Shown piece by piece: positions 28,337-34,440 of a stretch of DNA of 34,440 bases. Source of the DNA: Bacteriovoracia bacterium. GTDB taxonomy: Bacteria > Bdellovibrionota > Bacteriovoracia > Bacteriovoracales > Bacteriovoracaceae. Position numbers and translations under genes: made by a program. The stretch covers positions 1-34,440 of the forward strand of contig JBKHVI010000029.1 in assembly GCA_046570105.1 (NCBI GenBank), given 5' to 3'. Position 1 is the first letter of the stretch. Each line of letters starts with the position of its first letter. The notes under the pieces are model-generated. The model ran no database searches, was not told the DNA's origin, and saw only the letters and a list, made by a program, of their open reading frames with translations.

Positions 28337-29740
28337 GCTGACTGTCGAGTTTGCGTCTCCGAGACGGTTTCCACGAGCATCAACCTTGTAGCAATAGCGT
28401 GCAGAAGTTCCGTAAGGGAAAGTAGCGTATCCAGCGGTACACTGATTGATGTCAATTGTGCTATTGGCATCTCCGAGACGATTGCCGTCTTTGTCGATAT
28501 TATAGCAATAACGTGCGCTCGTTCCGTAAGGGAAACTTGCTACGCCAGCGGTACAGTTTGACATTGATACGGTTGAATTAGCATCGCCCAATCGATTTCC
28601 ACGATCGTCAACTTTGTAGCAATAGCGAGCCGAGGTTCCATAAGCAAATGTAGCGAATCCAGCCGAACAGTAATCCATCGACACGGTTGAGTTAGCGTCG
28701 CCTAAGCGATTGCCTTGACGATCAACTTTGTAGCAATAGCGTGCTGAAGTTCCGTAGGCGAAGCTATTGTATCCGACTGCGCAGTAATCCATTGATACAG
28801 TTGAGTTGGCATCGCCTAAGCGATTACCTTGACGATCAACCTTGTAGCAATAGCGTGCAGCTGTGCCGTATCTGAATGAAGCGTAGCCGTTGTGAGCACT
28901 CGTACCAACATCGATTAATTCTTGTTCTACGGGAGGTGGAGTAACCACAACAGTGTTGTTTGATTGATTTTTTACTTCAATGACTTTAAGTGAATTTAAA
29001 CGACGAATCAGACGCAAGTTTGAGCGATCATCATTGAGAGGTAATTCTGGCATGTCTTGAAGCATCTCATGGGCCTCAACGATATGTTCTGCATAACGAG
29101 CAGCTTCAGCATCACGCGAGAGATCCCAGTTGACCATTTCTACTAGCTTGTAGAGCAAGCGGTACTGTGCGGTGGCATCTAGGACATTGATGACACCAGG
29201 GTACATGCCTTGCATGAAACTTGCGCCAAAACCGGCGTAAGATAGTTTGGTGGCAGTATCACCTGCTTGAGCACGACGTTGGAAGTTAAGATCTGATTCA
29301 TAGAAAGAAAGAGCAATTTGAATTGAACGTTGAATAATATCGAGGGCACTTTCTTGTGAGCCGATCTCTTCCATATCGACATTTTTCTCAAGCTCATCAA
29401 CTAAGAGCAGACCGCGATTAAGCGCGAAGCGCATGAACATCTGATATTGACGGCCCTCTGAGCGAGAAACGACAGAGCGTGCCGCGCGTTCAATATGCGA
29501 CAAGCGCTCACGCAAGGGAAGTGATTGTGATTGCTTTATTGCACGATTGAGTTGGTTCTGGGCATTTTGGGCCCAAGGGAGAAACTCAGCGACTTCTGCA
29601 TCAGTGAGTCGTGTGAGTGTGCCTTCAGCGAATTCACCACTCACAAGTTCAGTTGGTGCTGAGATTTCTGGAACAGAAATATCTGCGATGGCACTGAAGC
29701 TTAAAGTCAGTAACAGTGCTGGGATAATTAACTTTTTCAT
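28319..29740 (-). CDS. secreted protein: helical N-domain plus five 38-aa two-Cys repeats
   Basis: GGAG SD, signal peptide MKKLII...AIA, Pro/Thr/Val linker, repeats. Confidence 0.85.
   Translation of the reverse strand: MKKLIIPALLLTLSFSAIADISVPEISAPTELVSGEFAEGTLTRLTDAEVAEFLPWAQNAQNQLNRAIKQSQSLPLRERLSHIERAARSVVSRSEGRQYQMFMRFALNRGLLLVDELEKNVDMEEIGSQESALDIIQRSIQIALSFYESDLNFQRRAQAGDTATKLSYAGFGASFMQGMYPGVINVLDATAQYRLLYKLVEMVNWDLSRDAEAARYAEHIVEAHEMLQDMPELPLNDDRSNLRLIRRLNSLKVIEVKNQSNNTVVVTPPPVEQELIDVGTSAHNGYASFRYGTAARYCYKVDRQGNRLGDANSTVSMDYCAVGYNSFAYGTSARYCYKVDRQGNRLGDANSTVSMDYCSAGFATFAYGTSARYCYKVDDRGNRLGDANSTVSMSNCTAGVASFPYGTSARYCYNIDKDGNRLGDANSTIDINQCTAGYATFPYGTSARYCYKVDARGNRLGDANSTVSLDYCH
28322..28888 (-). 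repeat. 5 x 114-nt coding tandem repeat (GxxxFxYGTxARYCYxxDxxGNRLGDANSTxxxxxCxx)
   Basis: Period 114 nt, e.g. gtagcaatag at 28730 and 28844; last copy is 37 aa. Confidence 0.95.
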
Positions 29741-29764
29741 ATATAGCTCCAAAAATCTTTAATT

Positions 29765-30484
29765 CTAGTGATGAGTGAACTCTTTCATTGACCAGTTCGA
29801 GGTATCAATGAACACCATCTTGTCAGACCAGCTGAAACAGCCGCGCAAGAAAACCACCACGTAGCGTGATTCTTCCACCACTTCTACGCCCGTTGTTGTC
29901 AGTGTGCTCTTGAAAGCGAGGTGCATGCCTGGGCGAACTTCGCGAAGCACGTAGCTGCCTGCCATGTTGCCAGCAGAAATAGTTAATTGAGATTCACGGT
30001 TAGCGTCGGGTGGAGAAAGAGTCGTGCTCTTCTTGGCACCTTTGTAAGAGTAAGTTCCTGGTGTGTTTGGCAACCAAGGCATTGTCTCTTTTGAAGATTT
30101 GAAAACTTCAGCAATGTTGAAGCCGACGTTATTACCTGGGTTCGGTGCCATATTGATGCGCAACTTTGAGCCTTCAACAATCACACTTGCCGTGAGAGAG
30201 GGTGTGTAGTTGGAAGCACCGATGAGATTTTTTTGGTTATACAAAGGAATAAAACCGTAGCGGCCGATGGCGAATTCATCCACCAAGTAAGGCACCGCTT
30301 TTTCGCCGTCTTTAATGATTAAAGCAAGAAAACTTCCGTCGCGGCCTGGAAGATCGCGCACGAACATTTTAATGTCGCGTGATTGACCGTCATAAACACC
30401 GGCGCGAAGACCGGGTGTAAGAGTATTAGAATTTGCCAACGCAGCAGCGGTCAGCAGAACGTAACAAAGTAAGGCCTTAAACAT
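29765..30484 (-). CDS. secreted hypothetical beta-rich protein
   Basis: Signal peptide ending ALA; AAGGA SD; 24 nt upstream of the repeat-protein gene, probable operon. Confidence 0.8.
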   Translation of the reverse strand: MFKALLCYVLLTAAALANSNTLTPGLRAGVYDGQSRDIKMFVRDLPGRDGSFLALIIKDGEKAVPYLVDEFAIGRYGFIPLYNQKNLIGASNYTPSLTASVIVEGSKLRINMAPNPGNNVGFNIAEVFKSSKETMPWLPNTPGTYSYKGAKKSTTLSPPDANRESQLTISAGNMAGSYVLREVRPGMHLAFKSTLTTTGVEVVEESRYVVVFLRGCFSWSDKMVFIDTSNWSMKEFTHH

Positions 30485-30641
30485 AAGCGCATCCTTAAAA
30501 GAAGTTCAGATGCGATAATGTTAAGGGTTTAAAGAATTTTTCTGGGGTGAAGTGTAGGATTTATAGACCTAAAGTGCGGACTTTCAGTCAGCAATGGTCG
30601 TCAATTACGGAGCTAAGTACCTGAAACTCCTCTAGTTGCTT

Positions 30642-31235
30642 TTAGGAGTATTGGCCAAACAGAAATAAGCTGACAATTGCGTAGAGAATTAAATTAAACA
30701 AAGTTGTTACTCGAAGTATGAACAAAAACTGCGGGTCTTCTTTGGTGGCGTACCAAATTCCTTCTTCGCCCTTTGTTTTTTCTCTTACCAGTTTTAAGAA
30801 TGCGAAAGCATACCAAGTCTCGATACAAAGTGAGATCACCATGCCTAAGCTAAAGAGTTGAATCCACCAGCTGGCGAACATCAAACTTTGCCAGTGCCAA
30901 AGATAGCTACCAATCACGGCAGCAAGAGTGACCAAATCGTGGGTTATACCAATTTTTGGCGTCCAGTTTTTTGAAACAAAGAGCATATAGATTTCAGCAA
31001 ATCCTCTTATCCAAAAAGACAGTGTCAGAATGCCCCAGCCCCACCAAGCGGCCAGAGGCCAATCACCATGCATCAGAGTCAGTGGTGTGAGGAAGAACCA
31101 AACTGAAATAGTCCAATAAAGCCACAAAGCTTTTGAGATACTGATAGGTCCACCGAGCTTTATTCCACTGTTTTGGCGAAAGAACATCCACAAAGCGACT
31201 GGGATTGAGAGACATAAGTAAATCCAAAATAGCAT
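30642..31235 (-). CDS. hypothetical Trp-rich integral membrane protein (about 6 TM)
   Basis: GGGAG SD before ATG 31235; conserved-looking GGPISISK, NWTP..GI.HD and E..Y segments. Confidence 0.75.
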   Translation of the reverse strand: MLFWIYLCLSIPVALWMFFRQNSGIKLGGPISISKALWLYWTISVWFFLTPLTLMHGDWPLAAWWGWGILTLSFWIRGFAEIYMLFVSKNWTPKIGITHDLVTLAAVIGSYLWHWQSLMFASWWIQLFSLGMVISLCIETWYAFAFLKLVREKTKGEEGIWYATKEDPQFLFILRVTTLFNLILYAIVSLFLFGQYS

Positions 31236-31276
31236 TAACGCTCCCTTTCGTGCCCCACTCAAGAGTAGAATTCTTT

Positions 31277-32770
31277 ATGGGTTTGATTCAGTCTGGTGTC
31301 CATTTTAGCTTGCGTCAGTTAACGCGTAAAAGTCACGCGCAGTTTTTGAGCGAGCGTAAGAATTTACGTCAGACACAACTTGCTATCCTCAATCGTTTAT
31401 TAGGCGAATCAGAAAAGACAATTTGGGGGCAAGAAAAGGGAATTCGAAAGGGTTGGAGTTATTCTCAAATGCAATCAAAGCTTGCTCCAACCGATTGGCA
31501 TGAATGGAGTTCTTGGGTTGAGCGTGAAAAAAAAGTCTCATGCTCAATGTCGGTCGAGGTCACTCGCTATCAACCCACCAGTGGGTCAACTCATAAGCGT
31601 AAATGGATTCCTTACACTCGTTCATTCCTAAGTGAGATTGATCGCGCTACCGCCGTATGGATTCATGATCTCTACGAACAAAGTCCTGGCGTGAGAGAGG
31701 GCAAGCATTATTGGTCTCTGTCGTGGCTCCCGACTGAGCTTCGCCAAGAAATGAGTAATAACGATTTAGCTTATTTCCCGTGGCTGAAGCGCCTCTTCTT
31801 GGGTCAGGTCATGGCGATGGATGATTCTGTTCAAAGAGCAGAGACTTCAGATTTAGCTCGCCGACTTACCATTCAGAATCTGATTGAGTGCCGTGAGTTG
31901 AGTTTGATTTCAGTTTGGTCTCCCACTTTTCTATTGGGGATTTGTCATGATCTGTGGAGTGATAAATCTACTTATGCTCGAACTGCTTCTCAATCGACAC
32001 GGAGAATATTGCTGCAATCAAGTAATCTTGAAGAGTGTGTTAAACATCTTTGGCCCAAGCTCGCCTTGGTTAGCTGCTGGCAAACCGCTGATGCTGCTCA
32101 GTGGGCCAAAAAAACGCAGCAACTTTTTAGCGGCGTAGCTTTTCAAGGTAAAGGATTATTTGCCACCGAAGGAGTGGTGAGTATTCCGGTACAAGGCAAA
32201 ATGCATCTAGCGTACCAATCCCATTTTTATGAATTCGAGAAAAAAAATGGTGAGATCGTTCCCGCCTGGGAGCTAAAAGCTGGCGATGAAGTGACCGTAT
32301 TGATTTCTACAGGTAGTGGTCTGTGGCGCTATCGCATGGGAGATCGTGTCTTGGTTGTAGAGCTTGAAGATGGCTGTCCGATTTTGCAATTCTTAGGACG
32401 AGAGCATACGGTGGATATGGTGGGTGAGAAATTGTCATTTGATGCCGCTCGCGATGTGCTTAATAAGTTGGGCGAGAAAGCCATAATTATGCTGGCCTCA
32501 CCAGGTGATCCATCAGTAAAGCCCGGCTATGAAATAGTGTGGGAGGGAGTTGCTCCCGGAAATTTAGCTGAACGTGCCGAGATGCTTTTAAAAGAGCATC
32601 ATCACTATTTACTAGCACGAGAGCTCAATCAGTTGGCCCCTGCCAGAGTCAGAGAATGCACTAAGAGTGGAGAATTTTTTCAAAGCCTGGCCCGTGAGAT
32701 GAATTGGGTCTTAGGCGATATGAAATGGGAAGCTTTGATGAAGTTGCCAAAAAATTGGGAGAATGCCTAA
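31277..32770 (+). CDS. GH3-family adenylate-forming acyl-amide ligase
   Basis: PTSGST..K.IP.T, LFATEG, FYEF, GLWRYRMGD, F.GR......GEKL motifs; ATG 31277 avoids overlap with the divergent gene. Confidence 0.9.
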   Translation: MGLIQSGVHFSLRQLTRKSHAQFLSERKNLRQTQLAILNRLLGESEKTIWGQEKGIRKGWSYSQMQSKLAPTDWHEWSSWVEREKKVSCSMSVEVTRYQPTSGSTHKRKWIPYTRSFLSEIDRATAVWIHDLYEQSPGVREGKHYWSLSWLPTELRQEMSNNDLAYFPWLKRLFLGQVMAMDDSVQRAETSDLARRLTIQNLIECRELSLISVWSPTFLLGICHDLWSDKSTYARTASQSTRRILLQSSNLEECVKHLWPKLALVSCWQTADAAQWAKKTQQLFSGVAFQGKGLFATEGVVSIPVQGKMHLAYQSHFYEFEKKNGEIVPAWELKAGDEVTVLISTGSGLWRYRMGDRVLVVELEDGCPILQFLGREHTVDMVGEKLSFDAARDVLNKLGEKAIIMLASPGDPSVKPGYEIVWEGVAPGNLAERAEMLLKEHHHYLLARELNQLAPARVRECTKSGEFFQSLAREMNWVLGDMKWEALMKLPKNWENA

Positions 32771-33828
32771 TGGAGTCACTCTTAGAGCGCGATGGTTTGA
32801 TTGCACACAATTGGTATATCGCTTGTCTCTCTGTCGAAGTTAAGCCGGGCCAAGTCGTTCAACGTACAGTTTATGAAAAAGCCTTGGCAATTTTTCGAAC
32901 TGAAAGTGGAAGAGTTTCGGTTCTACCAGATCGCTGCCTTCATCGCTTGGCGCTTTTGTCACAGGGGGAAGTAAGAGGGGAGAGGCTCACTTGTATGTAT
33001 CACGGTTGGGAATATTCAACAGGTGGATCCGTCGAGAGAATTCCTTCCGAAGATCCTGATCAGCAAGACAGTAAAAAACATTGCTCGAAAGTTATACCTA
33101 GTGTGGAACAGGATGGTGCAATTTGGGTATGGATGGGGCCAGAAGCACCCATCACTGCGACACCTCCTTGGCGCTTTTCTTATGCTAATGATCCCGCATG
33201 GGAGCATTATTTTATGATCACGGATTTTCCCAATGAGGTGACGAACCTTGCTGAGAATTTTATGGATGTTCCTCATACGGTCTATGTTCATAAGGGATGG
33301 TTTCGTGATGAAAAAGCTGATCGAAAAAAAATCCCTCATACCGTTGAAACTCAAAATGGGCGAGTGCTAGTCACTTATCTGCAAAAAGAAGATGAGTTTT
33401 CGTGGGGAGCTAAACTATTGCTAAATCCTCATGGGGCCCCCATGCTTCACACGGATGAATATATTTACCCCAATATCACGCGGGTAGATTATATCTTTGG
33501 CAAGAACGGTTTTGTGATCAACTCACAAGGTACGCCTGTAGGTGCGCTCAACTCTCGCGTGTATACATATATCGCTTATAAAATTCCGTTCTTTAAAAAA
33601 TTATTGAAGCCACTTTTTGGTTTTTATACTCGCCAGGTGATCGAACAAGATGTCGAGATCATGCACAATCAAGGATCATCACTTCGACTGGATGGAACGT
33701 TGGCATTTCGGTCTACTCCTTGTGATGAGCTACATATCCAGATCGAGCGGTTGAGATCTTACGGCAAGACGGGAAATCCGTTGTTACAAAGCTTTACCGC
33801 CAAAAAAGAGATTAATTTTTGGATCTAG
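32770..33828 (+). CDS. Rieske non-heme iron oxygenase alpha subunit (VanA/KshA-like class)
   Basis: CLH-x16-CMYH Rieske motif; ENFMDVPHTVYVH plus EQD mononuclear Fe ligands; TAATG overlap with the GH3 gene. Confidence 0.92.
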   Translation: MESLLERDGLIAHNWYIACLSVEVKPGQVVQRTVYEKALAIFRTESGRVSVLPDRCLHRLALLSQGEVRGERLTCMYHGWEYSTGGSVERIPSEDPDQQDSKKHCSKVIPSVEQDGAIWVWMGPEAPITATPPWRFSYANDPAWEHYFMITDFPNEVTNLAENFMDVPHTVYVHKGWFRDEKADRKKIPHTVETQNGRVLVTYLQKEDEFSWGAKLLLNPHGAPMLHTDEYIYPNITRVDYIFGKNGFVINSQGTPVGALNSRVYTYIAYKIPFFKKLLKPLFGFYTRQVIEQDVEIMHNQGSSLRLDGTLAFRSTPCDELHIQIERLRSYGKTGNPLLQSFTAKKEINFWI

Positions 33829-34440
33829 CGCAATTTTTTCTGAAGTACCCTGAAGTGAGATTAGCCAAATCAGTGGAAGTGGACGAAAAAGTGCGTACAT
33901 TTTTTCACCAAGCACCTATGACCGGTAAAGGCATGCAATTGCTTTACTGGCGTGAACCTACTTTTAAGGCTTTTCTCGACTGTCATTCAGATCGCTCTTT
34001 TGTTTTTTTTGTAGAATCTCCAGAGGGAGATATTGAAGGAGCTGGCACAATTGTCATCCGGCCAGCGATGGTAAATGGCAAGCGTGAGATGGTAGGATAC
34101 TTAGGTGATCTGCGAGTGGATAATATTCGTCGCTGGGGCCGCTACTGGCGAAATTTTTATTTTGATCTTATGAAAGCGGCACCTCATATCGAAGAATTTG
34201 GCGGAGCTCGCTTTTACTATACAGCGATTCTTCATCAAAATACCAAGGCCCGCAAAGCCTTGGGTGAATCAAAAATTGGTTATCACCCTTATCATCAATA
34301 CCAAATGGTGAATGTGCTCAAACAATGGGCGCCAGTCTTTGATAAGTTTGCGACAAAAACGTGGAACGATCTCCCTTTGTCCGAACTTGAAAAATTCTAT
34401 CGCTTGAGTAATCTTGAGAAACCCTTGGGATGGGTGATTG
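33819..34440 (+). CDS. GNAT-like acyltransferase, 5' part (runs off window end)
   Basis: Open frame from TTG 33819 (or GTG 33855) to the end: ...YWREPTF...AMVNGKREMVGYLGDLRV...YTAILHQNTKARKAL; not in ORF track; overlaps the Rieske stop. Confidence 0.7.
   Translation, partial: MDLAQFFLKYPEVRLAKSVEVDEKVRTFFHQAPMTGKGMQLLYWREPTFKAFLDCHSDRSFVFFVESPEGDIEGAGTIVIRPAMVNGKREMVGYLGDLRVDNIRRWGRYWRNFYFDLMKAAPHIEEFGGARFYYTAILHQNTKARKALGESKIGYHPYHQYQMVNVLKQWAPVFDKFATKTWNDLPLSELEKFYRLSNLEKPLGWVI

Noticed and set aside
28322..28888. Tandem repeats as a CRISPR array or DGR template/variable pair
   Set aside because: In-frame 114-nt coding repeats with synonymous variation, no unique spacers, and no cas or reverse transcriptase gene in the window.
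31205..31276. Longer starts for the GH3 gene (31205) and the membrane gene (31262)
   Set aside because: They would overlap head-to-head; internal ATGs at 31277 and 31235 resolve this.
1465..33354. Remaining 60-122 aa track ORFs nested in or antisense to long genes
   Set aside because: Shadow ORFs of well-supported CDSs with no motif support.

Overview
Chromosomal bacterial DNA with no rRNA, tRNA, CRISPR array, IS or prophage recognised. The gene content and the many secreted hypothetical proteins suggest a predatory Bdellovibrionota (Bacteriovoracia-like) organism, but this is inference only. The housekeeping backbone is rlmK-like, clpS-clpA, MFS, DUF502, dCMP deaminase, pepD, yggT, DEAD-box helicase, ftsB-like, aspS, mutS and lptC/A-lptB-rpoN-hpf. 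Interspersed are secreted or accessory genes: a papain-like protease, an SLT-like transglycosylase, a beta-barrel and a Cys-repeat protein. Highlights: (1) a coupled GH3 amide-ligase / Rieske oxygenase / GNAT operon running off the right end, with a divergent membrane gene and a nearby UbiA-family gene, a candidate uncharacterised small-molecule or lipid pathway; (2) a 27-aa Lys/Ala histone-H1-like microprotein gene missing from the ORF track, with its own promoter, RBS and terminator; (3) tandem start-stop codons behind a perfect SD upstream of hpf; (4) back-to-back sigma28-type promoters that seem to give leaderless mRNAs for secreted proteins; (5) a secreted protein with five 38-aa two-Cys repeats; (6) a possible catalytically dead UvrC-N/Cho-like protein. 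All family calls come from motifs read by eye; no database searches were run.
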